The translations under genes and the position numbers were made by a program. From Tubiluchus corallicola (lineage: Eukaryota > Animalia > Priapulida), in the NCBI GenBank assembly GCA_030141605.1, contig JAQGDQ010000361.1:173209-237208 (forward strand): 64,000 nt of DNA. Direction: 5' to 3'. The notes beneath the pieces were generated by a model. It was not told where the DNA came from and made no database searches. It saw only the letters and a list, made by a program, of their open reading frames with translations. The stretch's first letter is position 1. Each line of letters opens with the position of its first letter. Below are positions 39,660-55,863 of the stretch, piece by piece.

Positions 39660-40806
39660 TCTTGTACGGATTTTAACCTGTTGGCATGACGTCACCATCG
39701 TCTCCAAGGCTGTTGTTTGCTACTGTGAGCTCGCGGGACATTGAAAATGACATTGAACATCTCACCATGGGACACACGCAGGACTTAATTTGCACTATAA
39801 AGCCATAAATTTGCATTTCAGTCGTATAATGTAAGATCGACGCTAAGCTTTCATCCTCTAATTATAACCGCTAAGTAACAAATTTCATTTGCGCTGAAGC
39901 CCGTCCACTATGAAATGAGATAATTCTGCATAACAGCACTTGTGCCACAAGGGTAATGAATCCGTGTAACCTGCAATCATCTTAATTAAGTCATCATATC
40001 TCACCTGTGATGCTCATTACCTGTGTTAAATGATGGTGGCTTGTTAACTATCTGTAACGCGCGGTCAAACGTAATAGGGAACAATTTCAAGTGATATCTT
40101 GATAAATTTATCATTAGTTCTTCTCTTACCATTGCGAGTTACTGCAAATTCTCCGACAGCTGCTGCGTGTATTTATTTCGTAACCTTCAAAGTGCAATAC
40201 ACGAGTGACAAAGCAGCTAAAAGGTGAAATAAAATAATAAAGGACTACTACAAAAACGTTGCAAATTAAAACAAAGTGATAATAATAATATAAGTAGAAG
40301 ATTACGGTAAAAAACACAAAGAACCGAAATGGCTGCTTACAAGTGTCTGTTAAAAAGTGAAAATTTGCTAAAATAAACAAGACATGGCCGTTTTCTAAAT
40401 AATTTCCTTTTGCCAGCATTTACAATTGGAGCATCATTCACATATGGTGGTAGTTTATTCCATAAATGTTCGCTGAAGAAATGTTTAAAGCAATTAAGTG
40501 AGCTTTTTTCAATTGTAATATCAAATGGTGGACCCTTGTAATATTTGCAAGTGGTGTGTTTGTAATATTTGCTGTCTAGGGTGAACGCCTTGGCGAGTTT
40601 ACCTTCCGTGGAATAGAGAAATGAGTGTCAGCTTGCGTTTACAGCCTGTTATATAAATGTTCCTATTACGCAGCTTTTTTTTGGATCATAATGGTAATTG
40701 GACGTCCAAATTAGTTTTAAATATATTGTTTTTAGGTTATATTATTATATTATATTAGGTTTATATATATTAGTTTTAAAGCACAAAAAAGCACTCTTCA
40801 CACTCT

Positions 40807-41300
40807 TTAAAAGGAGACAGGATGATTTTTCATATACTACCTCATTTTCAAGTACGGTAAAAAGTATTATTACCGTATACATTTTAACACAATTAATACT
40901 GCAAAAGCGTTTCTGATAATTAAATAATAGATTAAAATCTTAGTTGACGGCGGGCGAGCTCAATTATTGATGACGTCACAAAATAACATAATTTTCAATA
41001 CCAAAAGTATATCACGAGCGTTGCACGTGTTTGCGAACGCGAAAATTAAGGTACAGTGCTACTGTAAGATATTTAGTGTGTTGTACTAAAACTAGGCAAG
41101 TTTCAAGATAAAAATTCAAATTTCAAATTTACCACTGTGCTCACGCTGTGCTGAGTTCTCGAACATGTGTAGTTCGTGTTTGTGTGGTAATAATTCTTTC
41201 TCGTAGGACATTCTTTAAAAAATAGTATGTTCCCTTTCAACATTTTAAAGAGTAGATTGTTTTGACCTACAGTTTAAGACTGGGTCTGGTTTTGCTTTAA
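40807..41300 (+). mobile_element. Family B copy
   Basis: Both TTAA-bounded ends present, with an internal deletion. Confidence 0.8.
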
Positions 41301-41844
41301 GCGAAAGTGTTTGAAACTTGGATACTGTGTACGTATGGACAAACAAAGTTTTTCATGAACTAATAATAAACTTTATTTATTTTAAGTGGATTAACAGACT
41401 GTAATATTACTGATAATATAAGGTGTCCCTTATATCCGAGGTTGACTGTATCATTGTACATTATATTGAGTAGAGAGATTATAACATTGTAGGGGAAAAT
41501 ACAAGTATTTTTGTGTTCTGCTCATTTTTTATATAAACCTTATTTATTTTAAGTGGATTAACATACAGTAATATTACTGATCAAAGTTTTTCCACTATGT
41601 GCAAGAAATACATTTTAATTGAGAACAGATATATACAGTTAATTCGCGAATGAAATAGTAAAAACCAGGTTCTAGTGCACCACTGTGAGTGCTCTAAACA
41701 AGAGTGACTTTCGATAACATTTTGAATTCGTTTCTCATCGATACCACACTTAAATGGATTTTCATAAAATAAAAACTACGAGAACTCGTAATCATCTTAA
41801 TTACGTAATTGCTGTATTTTGTGGATGTTCACAAATACTTTCTA

Positions 41845-42090
41845 TAGAAACTTAGGGTGTCATACAACAATGGTATAAGGAAACTTTTAAAACTTAAATA
41901 TAACTGCAGTGCATCTCAGATGTGTGTAGATTTATCTCTTCCACATTTTATTCATGTACGACGCAAGGGTCATTATAGTCTGCTTACCAGAACTGTGCAA
42001 TGTGACAATGCTTTGATGGTAAATATTGCTAATGAACCTGATGTGCGACATACTTCAAAATATTTTAGGTTGATGTTTGTAGCTCTTAAT

Positions 42091-42152
<62 letters not shown>

Positions 42153-42292
42153 GCTGTTGCTGTTGCTGTTGTTGTTGTTGAATGTAATTAGTAGAGTTAG
42201 ATTTTGAGTATTTGTGTATGTGTAGTAATTTATAATTTTTAATGAATTATACGGCAATTTTTAGTGCGGAAATAAAAGATGAATTGAATTGG
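41845..42292 (+). mobile_element. 5'-truncated LINE (RTE-X-like C-terminus and 3' UTR)
   Basis: SYNNGIRKLLKLKYNCSASQMCVDLSLPHFIHVRRKGHYSLLTR resembles the YNN..R.LL..P..CSAS.MF post-RT region; ends AATAAA plus a (GAATT)n tail. Confidence 0.65.
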
Positions 42293-42889
42293 ATGCTGCT
42301 ACGCAGTAAACAACAAAGATGTATAATTTCTTTTGACACACACTCTACTAAGCAGGACGTTAACACACAGCACGTATAATTTTTCATAATCAGCAACCTG
42401 ATCTTGTTTATATTCTGAACTAATATATCTGCTGTAATCTATCCTGTTTAGTACAACATGATTAGTTTTCCATAATATCATTATGTATAATTATTATGTC
42501 TCCTTGGAGCTTATGCAATAATCTGCTGTATGCATCTAGTCTTCTCCCCTGACACAGAGCTGCAACAGAAAAGATGCATATTGATCAAAAGAGATTAGCT
42601 CGCCTGGCATAAAGGTAATTATCAATTCTTTCTCGTTAGCTCAGAGTTTTAATGTTACCTCATACTGGGACATTGCTCTTGGTTTGAATGACTCCCATTC
42701 TCGCTTTTTTGTTCATTCGTTGACGAACGAGCTTTATTCTATTTTTTGCGATTGTCTGTGTCGACTGTATGTTTGTTTGTCTGTCTTTATAATTGTTTAT
42801 TTTCTTGCGGCAAGGTAGACTGGTTTGCAGTTAGTTGGCGATCATGATATTAATGAAGGCGATTGAAGGAGAACACGAGCAGAAGTAGA

Positions 42890-43415
<526 letters not shown>

Positions 43416-43689
43416 ACTTGAAACAATTACGCGTGCAATGGCATGTTGCAACTACAACGACATCCAGGACAACATCCACTTGGAAAGCAAGAGTGAAGCC
43501 AAACGAAAGTAACAACACTGGTGAAAATACGAGGCAATGTTCGACATTTCCAAAGATCATTATCAAGTCTAAAAGCCACTCAAATTAAAGACTCGCCGTA
43601 ATGGAAACACGACTCTAATGTTTACCAAACCCCGCTGCGAGTTTTTAAACGCTCGGAAATAAATCGGCCAACTGGTCACAAAGTAATGC

Positions 43690-43931
43690 AGAAATCAATC
43701 GATGATCGTTTTATAGCTGCTTGATCCCCTAATCGATACCGCAGCTTGAAGCCACACGTCCGGAGCGAATTTCAGTCTGCGCATGCGCGCGCTGCAAACC
43801 GCATCCTTGCAGCATCAGTACCACTCGATTGTGTTTGTAGAAGTGTGCAAAGTGTGTTGCAAAGTGTAATCGAAGAAAATATTCTTTAGTTTGACGTTGC
43901 GCAGTTTATTTATACCGAGGATATTTACATG
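43690..43931 (+). promoter_or_regulatory. Candidate promoter and non-coding first exon, possibly of the tachykinin receptor
   Basis: CpG-rich unique DNA; NRF1/Ewg-type TGCGCATGCGCG at 43778-43789; TCAGT initiator-like at 43815; donor-like ATG|gtaaag at 43931/2. Confidence 0.4.
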
Positions 43932-45224
43932 GTAAAGGTTTTTATTTAGAATATAATGCTATTACAGTTCACGCATTTTTAACAGTTTAGAGTAAAGTCT
44001 CTTTATATAGCTAGATTTTATTGCTAACTCGCAACATTACTGTAAATTTGAACAAACATACTGTTATTAGCAGGTACTATTTGGCTTCAACCAACACTGT
44101 TAGTGTTACGTCATTTCCGGCAAAAATGGGCACTCGACTGGCCACCTTTTAAATCTGACAAAATTTTTTCGACAAATTTTGAATTTTTGTTCAAAGTAAT
44201 ATAACTTTTCATATTTTTTATGTGGCTTTGGTATATTATATTTTGTGCTACAATAATTTATTGCGACTAAAATAGATTTTTAATAGTTTTTACCATTGTT
44301 TTTGTTTAACCGGCAATCACATAGATTTCGTTTCAGTTCATTTCAAGCTAACTGCATTTCTGTTCATTTGAAATGCAATAAATTCACAGATATAAAGCAA
44401 TATTAAGAAATAAAAGTTAATTTTTGGTTGCTCGCTTGAAAAGTAGCCTATAAAGACGTCAGTTTCGTTGTTCTCGTTTAAGGTACAAGAAAACACTCTT
44501 CACAAAAAAGCTTAAAAATTAGTCTATGTCACGTACATGTATGCTGTTTTATTGCATACAGAGCTTGCGTTAGCAGTAACGCTGTATAAAACTTGTAAAT
44601 TTTAACTACTGCGATGACCGTTAGGTACAGACATCTTAACGGTTCCCTCGTCTGAAAGAAGCTACGATAACAATGAGTAAATTTTGGAAAAAACAATCAG
44701 TGCATTCATAGCACACGCTTCACTAACTAGACAAAAATGTAAATTACTTTGTATCGTCAAAGAAACAATAATCTATTTTTCTGTTTGGTGAGCTGGTGAT
44801 GCATACTGGAGTGGTGCTATTGTTTAGTTTAAGCTGGTTTATAATTGTCACTGCCAAGTGAAGTTTTTTACCATTCGATTGGTGATTGTATCGCAAACAT
44901 GGGCATTTCCCATATGACTGATCGTCTTTCCGTCTTCTTCATTCTCTAGTTGGTTGTTTGCAGAGCCACAGAACACACTTGCCTGGAGCATTGGCATTGT
45001 TTCTTTAGTCGGCACCTGTATGAAAGAAAATCACAAATAAACTTCTGTTTCTGACGCTAAAACGTTAATCACGCTATACTAAATCGCTTCCACAAAGAAG
45101 CTATCAATCAAACTGTCACCAAAGGAGTTATTCCATTCCGATATTTGGCTTCTGCTGTACCAATTAACCAGTTTACGTTGTTTTTTTTTTGTTCGAAAAC
45201 TTAGTCAGTTGTATCCCTGTCGTT

Positions 45225-45980
45225 TTTAGTTCAGATGCGTTAGTTTGTGACGAACTACACACGTTCGACAGCTCATGCGTGAGCACAGCGGTAAATCTGA
45301 AATTTGAATTTTTGTCTTAAAACCTGACTAGTTTTAGTACAACACACTGAATATCTTACAGAAGCACTGTACTTCAATTTTCACTTTCACAAACACGTGC
45401 AACACGCTCGTGGAATATTTTTGCTGTTGAAAATTATGTTAGTTTGTGATGTCATCAATAATTGGGCTCGCCCGCCGTTAATTAAGTTTTTAATCTATTA
45501 TTTAATTATCAGAAACGCTTTTGCAGTATTAATTATGTTAAAATGTGTACTTTTTATCGGACTTGAAAATGGGGTAGTATATGAAAAATCATCATGTCTT
45601 CCTTTAAAAGGGAAGAAAGGGGAATTTTAAAGTCCATGCTAAGTTATATTACGTAGCATTACCTTTACCTGTTTGAAAGATTTGAAAGACCTATCAAAGT
45701 GAAAAAGAAAATTCTTTATAATTTAAAATATTCGCACCACCTGGTAAAATGTCACTGCATCGCCATCCCAGAGTGCACCACCGATTCACCAAAAAACACT
45801 TTATTGATCTTATTGACAAAATATAGCACTTCACTTCAATTTTCGCTTTTTGGAATATTTTTGTTAGTTTGTGATGTCATCAATAGTTGGGCTCGTCACA
45901 ATTTGTAGTTGCGTTACAATTTGTACTTTTTATCGGACTTGAAAATAGGGTAGTATGTGAAAAGTCATCCTGTCTTCCTT
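45225..45980 (-). mobile_element. Cluster of family B and family C fragments sharing a TTAA junction at ~45604
   Basis: Family B(-) ends gtcttcct-ttaa and is immediately followed by aagggaagaaag (family C end, cf. 47024); a second B fragment follows. Confidence 0.7.
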
Positions 45981-47023
45981 TGCAAATTTTGTGTTGAATT
46001 GAAGGCCTATAGCCTCGTGTCTACTGTATCGTGTTCATATAATTATGTAGATACCCGTATTCAACCTTGTATACTTGATTCTAATGATATCTCAAACTGT
46101 AATCCGTTTCATAATTAATGTTGTAACTTGGCTTTATAGACCCTCATTGACACATATCGATTCATGAAGTCAGTAGAGTTTAATGTTGTTGGTGTCTGGC
46201 ACAATTATAAAAATCTACTTTCCAAGCAAGAAATTGAATCCAAAGCCTAAATTAATTTTTATCACTTTTGTAACATGCCTCTGTTATAACGATTAGAAAA
46301 ATTCCGAGTGTCTCAATCCGGGAATTGTTTTTCTCCGTCAATTATAATCTTTATAGAAACAGTAACGATATAGTCTAATGTTTGTCTATTAACGTTATGA
46401 AGAAGTTCTGAGGGTAATTGCTAAGACACTAGAATACAGGTAGAATTCAAGTAGAATACAGGTGAGCTTTATTTATATAAACAACACTATACATTGCTCT
46501 CTCAGTTTAAGTCACATGCTTACTCAATGATCTCTGAAAGCCAACTGACCAGGTAAGTTTTTTCCATGAAGCAAGGAAGCCAGCAATTCAATGAAGGTAA
46601 ATGTTATGCATACTAGTTCAAGGATGAAAGTTTAGACTGTATATAAAGAAATAGACTTATTTTATAGCTGAAATTTCTTGTGTGGGATTTTCAATGTTTT
46701 AACAAGAGAATGTAATAATATGACTAATGATCATAATTAAGAACTAATAAAAAATAAGATAAAGAAATCGTGAGCTTCACGACAAACGTTTAGTAAGGCC
46801 AAACTATTGCTGTGTACTCTAGGATCTCAGATATTACTTTGCAGAAGTCTTGGGCCTGTTTTGTGTAGCTTTAATTACTTGTTTTATGTCAAGCTCTTTG
46901 TTAATTTTTAGCCGGTAGAGAACTTTAATTATTCGCGTTTTTATGTGACTCTTTTGACTATGTATGAATATTATCTGTGTAAACACTGCAGCTCCCGTAT
47001 TAAAAATAAAGTACTTTAATCAA

Positions 47024-47533
47024 TTAAAGGGGAAGAAAAGATACTTTTAAATTACGTCCCGAAGAAAAGTTTCTTACACAAAGTTATATTACTTTGCATT
47101 ACGATTACCTGTTTGAAATACTTATATAACTGAAAAAAGAAAAATTCTTGATAATTTAAAATATTAGCGCCACCTGGTAAAATGGCACTGCATTGCCGTC
47201 CCACTTTACACCACTGATTCATCAAAAACATATTATTGGTTTTCTTGACAATATACAGTAATTTAAACTTTGCGTATTTGGCGAAGAATGTGCGTACGAA
47301 TGTTCTGATTAGTTTTTTTTAAACTTTACGCAATGTTATCTAAACTTGTTTCAAGCGAAGTATTCTCAAAATGGCTGCGACTTCTGCGTCATCGCGAAAA
47401 TTTAAATTTGCTAGTTTTATACAGCTCTACTACTAGTGCAGGCTCTGTGCGCAATGAATTGCGTGTAAGTTATATAAAATTTTAAGACGAGCTTTTTAAG
47501 CTTTAATTATGAAGTGTATTTTTGGTGCTTTAA
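47024..47533 (-). mobile_element. Family C-related element, TTAA at both ends
   Basis: ttaa-aggggaagaaaag...tttggtgct-ttaa; reverse-complement similarity to 25120-25600. Confidence 0.7.
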
Positions 47534-47770
47534 GAGTTCTGCTTACGGGAGATTAATAAATTCAATATCACGCGCTTAGAACACGATTTTGTGGCTCTAA
47601 TTATTACTGGGAATTTTCTGCCAAAATGCGCGCATATAGTAACACACGCGTGAAATTTTCTTACTTTTGGTCGTCTTGCACGCAAAATTTAGCCTTTATT
47701 TCATAGTAAGATGTTAAGAATAATCAATTCCGCGAGGTAATAATGCCTTCAGACCAGACTTAAACTAATT

Positions 47771-48613
<843 letters not shown>

Positions 48614-48617
<4 letters not shown>

Positions 48618-48936
48618 CATTATCATTATCATTGTCATTGTCATTGTCATTGTCATTGTCATTGTCATTGTCATTGTCATTGTCATTGTCATTGTCATTG
48701 TCATTGTCAATGTCATTGTCATTGTCATTGTCATTGTCATTGTCATTGTCATTGTCATTGTCATTGTCATTGTCATTGTCATTGTCATTGTCATTGTCAT
48801 TGTCATTGTCATTGTCATTGTCATTGTCATTATCATTATCATTATCATTATCATTATCATTATCATTATCATTATCATTATCATTATCATTATCATTATC
48901 ATTATCATTATCATTATCATTATCATTATCATTATC

Positions 48937-49031
<95 letters not shown>

Positions 49032-49108
49032 CATTATCATTATCATTATCATTATCATTATCATTATCATTATCATTATCATTATCATTATCATTATCAT
49101 TATCATTA
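48614..49108. repeat. (CATTGT)n/(CATTAT)n microsatellite
   Basis: Direct reading. Confidence 0.95.
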
Positions 49109-50405
49109 TAAGTAAAATCACTAAAATCAGCAGTTATTGTAATACCGCGATCGTGTGTTAGCTTACCAACAAGTAATAACTCATAAGGTATTACAGAAAT
49201 AAGTAATTATTAATAAAGGATAAAGAAAGAAATAATTGTTAATCAAGTTATTTCTTCATTAAACTCGCAAAGACGAGGGTGCCGAACGAGACATACTCTC
49301 TGTCTTTTGGGAGACAAATAAGGTAGACAGAGATACATCATCACGATACAAATAATACCCATTGGTGACGATGATGATGGTAAGTCTTTATTAGGCTTTT
49401 TGCAGGCAAAAATTTCCATACAGACATTGTACAATTTTACATAGACACTAAACAGAGTGAATTCTACAATATTATATGTTGCACATTTTGTAATTAGCTT
49501 TTCAATTTGTGCGTATAACATTATTTACAGTGATGTTAAACAAGAAATATCAAAGCCAGTGCTAAAATCAAGTTGTCAATGAAGCAAGTTTCCTGTCTAG
49601 TAACATAAAAATGAAGGTAAATTAATATACTGAATTATTAAATTCCCGATTCAATATTTAATACCGCAAAGAGTTAGAACCAATAACCCCAAAAACTACA
49701 CAAATTATTTTAATGTCTATTTTACTAAAATTTAGCTGTAAGATCTTAAAATAAAAGGGTCCTTAACAAAGCAAGTTAGTGATGACGTTAAATTTTCATT
49801 TTTAATGCAACACACAAGATTTAAGTTCTCTTTTCCCAGTTCATTTAGTAATACATATCGCCAAATCGAGGACATCTGTTATGGATTCTGGGCTTCCATA
49901 CCGCATTCCCAAAGCTCATCTCTAACAAATCCAGTACGACTCATCAACACATTAAATTTACCCTGTCATGTCAATAACCTCACTGCAGCTACTTTTCTTC
50001 ACTTCTTTCGGATTTTCAAACTTTTAAAGTAAAAATCTGATCTAAACTTTTATGTGTTTCAATAATACCTAGCTATCTACTTCTATATACCTAGCTATAA
50101 TAAATTCTTCATCGTCCCACCCGCATCCATTCTGGAGCAGGACACTGTGCTACAGAAACAATGAATAAAAGAAACTTCAGAATCTGATCAAGTGCAAATG
50201 GCGCGTCTGAAGGCAACATTGTATCGTGCCATTTCATTTGAACTGACATTTACAGACCAAAGCGCTGTCCAACAGGAAAAGTTCCAAACTATTTTGTCTT
50301 AAGTAATCTTAATAACTAACGTAAAAACTAAAAATGTAATCCGTTAAAAAAGATGAGATTTGAACGCGTGATGTTGTTAATTTCCGATTTGCAAAAATTG
50401 ACACC

Positions 50406-50791
50406 AATAAGCTTTTTCACAGTTTCGTTGTGCGCACGCGATGTTGCTGCAAGTTAAAGGTTAAGTGTACCACAACAACGCGGCTTAACTACAAGTCCCG
50501 TCACGTGACAGTGGGTAAAACAATGCATCAATTCAGCAGATTCAGTCGTTTTACGTGAACTTTTCTTAACTATGCGTTAGTCTGTGCGTAGTGATTTACT
50601 AGCAGGATCTTGCTTGGGAAGAAAAAAATGAACTAAGTAAGGTTCTAGCTAGCTGTTAAAACTGTTACTATTACAACAGCATGGGCTGCGAGGCGTTGTC
50701 AAGTGTACAGGGCAAATGCATTGTCTGGCACGCTTAACCTTTTACCCTTTCACGATCAGCATCAATCGGTGGACCTGTTAAAAGGCTTATT
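50406..50791 (+). mobile_element. MITE family A, copy 4
   Basis: Same termini and core. Confidence 0.85.
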
Positions 50792-51637
50792 ATTATTGGA
50801 GTCATTGGTTGTCAATACATATTGATTTTTTTTCTTAGATTATAAATTCTCTCAAGACACGATTTCCCTGGTTTCTGAACACCTAGTGCTCGGTTTAATG
50901 TTGCTTCTGATACTGTTAAGCTGAATAAACTTAGCGGAGGGGCTGCTTATCGATCCAGTATTTTCTCGGGCTTCTTTTATGTGGAATTCCTTACCAGAAA
51001 ACCATTTTCTTGTTAACTATAACCTCAGACGCTTCCAGAGATGTCCTATCAGTAGCAAATTACTCATAAGAATTAACTTTTTGATACCTTTTTAATGTGC
51101 TCCTTTTCTCTGACTGGCCACAGGTTTTTCAATGCCACTTTCTTGACCACACGTTATTTTATTAGATTTCAGTTGAGTATGCCAAGCAGGTGTCAACCAA
51201 TCCTCCAACTTGCATGTAATTTCCAGTTTCGTGCAAAATTATCGCATTCAGTCGTTTTGATTGACCCAGCGAATCAATGTTGGCTAGGTTCGTTCATTAT
51301 TTACACTTACATTATGTGACATTATTGCTATGCTGTTTGGTGATTATTGGCAAATAACACGTAGTTAGTAAAATGTAGCTAAGATAAAGAGCATTTTTGC
51401 TGAAATAATGGCAATTTTCTACACCGTGTTGCAGACCGTGTTTTGCTGGACAAATATTGGGTCCGAGCTCTGAGGTTGACATACAATTCGTTATTCTTAT
51501 ACAGTTCGGCAAGCGGAGTCACCGTCCAGTGGCAAGGTTACTCAACCCTGTAGCCGGACTGGAACCTCAACACATTATAAAAATGGGCAGCTAAAGTTTA
51601 CAATTCCTCACATACAAGAAATTAGCTGGTGAAGCGG

Positions 51638-51733
51638 ATTAGGATTAGCGTTAGAATTAGAATTAGGGTTAGGGGTAGGATTAGGGTTGGGTTAGGTTAT
51701 AGTTAGGGTTAGGGCTATTTTTAGGGTTAGGGT
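51638..51733 (+). repeat. Degenerate (TTAGGG)-like interstitial repeat
   Basis: attagggttaggggtaggattagggttgggttaggttatagttagggttaggg... Confidence 0.7.
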
Positions 51734-51947
51734 ATTTAAATTGCTTGAGGAATTGTAAAGTCTTTCTGAATGAGCCACTGGATCAGTACAGGTGTCGTTA
51801 CTACCGAAGATCAAAATGGTGATAATATAATCGCTGGTTTTCGATATCATGTGCGGACATTTTTTTGACGAATTGGACCTTTTACCTTCAAACACTGGCT
51901 AAAGGCAGTGCTAGTAGTTTTTCATTGACGTTCAGAGGTAATCGCCT

Positions 51948-52240
51948 TTAAAGGTCAAAAGTAAAGGTCACGCATTTAAACGTCATAGCTGGAGGTCACA
52001 CATGGGAAAAGTCGCGTGTTTAAAAGCTAAAGTTGAAGGTCACGCGTACGAAGATGACAGCTTTAAAGGTCAGAAGTAAATGTTGCAAATTTAAAAGTAG
52101 TTGAAGGTCACATGTTTAAATGTCACACTTTTATTTCAAAGGCCAGAAGAAAAACTCACACGTTTAAAATTCACAGTTGAAGGTCATACGTACAAAGGTC
52201 AGAGGTGAAGGTCAACGTCATATTCAGGAGTGAAGGTCAC
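51948..52240 (+). repeat. Degenerate AAGGTCA-rich repeat
   Basis: About ten AGGTCA hexamers, all on the + strand. Confidence 0.7.
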
Positions 52241-52333
52241 ATACCAACTTTACAGTACTTCAGACTACAATCAGTCTAACTTGACAGCGTGATGATTTAG
52301 CTTTAAAGTTCGCTTCTAAAGTACTCGTTCGCT

Positions 52334-52553
52334 AACACAGACAGACAGACAAACTGACTGACTGACTGACTGACTGACTGACTGACTGACTGACTGACTG
52401 ACTGACTGACTGACTGACTGACTGACTGACTGACTGACTGACTGACTGACTGACTGACTGACTGACTCACTGACTGACTGACTGACTGACTGACTGACTG
52501 ACTGACTGACTGACTGACTGACTGACTGACTGACTGACTGACTGACTGACTGA
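52334..52553. repeat. (GACT)n microsatellite
   Basis: Direct reading. Confidence 0.95.
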
Positions 52554-52892
52554 CAAGCGGACGTTCTACTTTTGCCATTAACTTCGGTACGCCTAAAGCA
52601 TAAAATACTTTTTTCTCTCCTCTCGACAGTTTTCTTATCACTTAAAGTAAGTAGTTATTAGTCCAATCACGGCTGCTAATTGCTTTGCGAGAGCTTGATT
52701 ACTACTGCATATGTTAATGATCATTTTGATTATTCAGTGTTAATAAATTATGTAAGCGGGTGCTGGTTGTCTGGCATGCGAGGGAGACATTAAAACGATC
52801 ATAAAATAAGGTACGAGTTGCGCATGTATTGCTTTTACCGATTTTATTCTAATATCACTTCCATCCCGTACAGACACGCAATTTTATTAGCG

Positions 52893-53080
52893 TTAAGGTA
52901 CGACTCCATGTGCTCGTAATGCGGATGCGTGATCCGTAATGAGTAATGCGTTTATATTTAAACATGTGGAAGTGTTTCCATGTGTAAGTAATGCGTGATG
53001 CGTGATACGTATTTACTCGAACGTGACGGCTATTGTCTGAATACGCGTCACGCATTACGCACGCATGGAGTTGTAGTTTA
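52893..53080 (+). mobile_element. TTAA-flanked MITE family D, second copy
   Basis: ttaaggtacgactccatgtg...gcatggagttgtagtttaa. Confidence 0.75.
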
Positions 53081-54511
53081 ATGTACCAAAATCGGGCGCG
53101 CAGATATGTAAATTTAAGTTGCGCAAGAGGCGCTACGAAGCTCGAAAAGCTTAAAATGGTCATCCGAAATATTGGACCTATTCAATAACTAGCTACCAAC
53201 TATTGAAAGGGCAATTTTATAAGTTCTATCTACAAATCTATTTGTTCTTCTTGTTCTATTTACAGTTCTATTTATATAAAGTTTACCTTAGCACATAAAA
53301 ATTGTATGTAAAAGTCAAAAATCACACTACAAGCTAAGATTCAAGACATGTTATGCACTATTAAAGAACTACAAATATATACAAATATATAATAAAAATA
53401 TACAGGCTCCAATGCAAAAGTTTAAAAAACCTGCCATCAATCAATCATGCCATCTAAGACGACTGGTCTATGATGACTTAAAGGTTCATCTGAGTAAATT
53501 CTTTAGTTATTATCAAATGAGCCCAAATAGTTTTGACGAACTGCTTGCGTAAGCTCAACACCATGTGGAAATAAATTAGATAAGAGATACGACTCTTACC
53601 TTTTATCTACTCTTACCATTCGATGTAAGGCATATTCTCGTGTAGCAGTGGTAGTATTCTTGTATACATTACCTTAAAAACTGTATAAAGTTGACAGACT
53701 CGAAATTCCTAATGCAAATGTTTTTAGCAATATCAGTTTACACGAAAAGATTAAATTATTTAGTCGTGTTAATTTTGTACAATTAACTGTTCGAATATTT
53801 CTCGAGGACGGCATGGACCTTTTTTCTATAAGGCAAGTGTGACTGACTCTATAAGGAGTGTGGCAGCTTGAGTAACTCACCAAGTCTAATTATAAGAGGT
53901 GACTGTTATTGTGAAAATAATAGTGGCATTAATAGTAAGAAAAATCAACAGTGTATTGCAGAACTGTTTGTTTAATGGTACCTCTTAATGAGAAGCTGGC
54001 TTCCTCTTACGCTCAAAGTTTGGCTTAAAGTTGCATGTCTGTGCGCTGTCTTTGGTTTATGATGATGTAAATGTCTGGTATAAGCAGTGAAACGGATTAC
54101 GGAATTTTAATGAACTAAAAATTGGAAGCAAGCGTAATATGTGACCAAAAATGTTTTTGGATTAGCTTTCAGGCGTGACTCAAAAGAAAACAATAGAACG
54201 ATACAAAATAAAACAAAAAACAAAAGAACAAAACAAAACGAAAAGGTACTTTTATGGTTTAACGCCAAATTTTCTCAAGAGAATAGCATCTGTTTTCTGT
54301 AATGAATTATTGAAAAGCTCTAATTTGTGTTTGACATTTCATTAGCAACCGAAACAAGAGCGGTTTTTAACTGTTTGTGGTACGTTAGCGCATTTACAAG
54401 ATAGAATTTCAAAAATGATCCTTTTTTATATTTTTTCCTCAATAGAGTGCACGAATTTATAATAAACATACTCACTTTAATACTGTTAAGCACTCTGCAA
54501 CCTAAAATATT

Positions 54512-54895
54512 TCACAAACTAACATGATTTTCAACAGCAAAAATATTCCACGAGCGTGTTGCACGTGTTTGCAAAAGCAAAAATTGAAGTACAGTGCCAC
54601 TGTGAGACATTCAGTGTGTTGTACTAAAACTAGGCAAGTTTTAAGATGAGAATTCAAATTTCAAGTTTACAACTGTGCACACGCATGAACTGTCGAACAC
54701 ATCTGATGTGAAAGGTACATCACCTATTTTTGTGCAATGCGTTTCCGAAATGCACACGCTAGTGCCCGTCTAACTAACGAATGGCGAAATGTATGTAACA
54801 GTGAAGAACTAGTAGCGTGAACGTGAAATTGTCTTTGTCTTGTAATATATTTTAAACAGTGGATTGTTTTCACATTGGGTCCGGTTTTGCTGTAA
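54512..54895 (+). mobile_element. Family B partial copy
   Basis: Similarity to 23140-23600. Confidence 0.75.
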
Positions 54896-55225
54896 TTAGA
54901 TTATGGTTGTGAATGCCAGAATGTTCATAAGCCCTTGCTGTTTATTTAACCTGAAAAATTACCCATTGCGAGCAATGAGTTGCAGAAAGAAAGGGAGAAG
55001 CAGAAGAATTGCGAAAATAATGACTGATTTTACCTGCATTGCACGGCAGTTCTCTTGGGAAATCAGAGCGTTTTTGGAAAAATTACAAAGCCTTGCCAAA
55101 GAATTTGTTTCGGTACCATTTTTGCATATATGGAAATGTCTTCAATAGACAACGTCGTGATTCTATTACTAACTAAATAAGTTGCGCAACTGCTATAGAT
55201 GTATTTGTATTATGATACACATATA

Positions 55226-55863
<638 letters not shown>

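Noticed and set aside
50900-51300. Possible decayed transposase fragment on the minus strand
   Set aside because: Multiple stops and no catalytic motif; cannot be supported without a search.
51638-51733. True telomere or chromosome fusion site
   Set aside because: Short, degenerate, single orientation.
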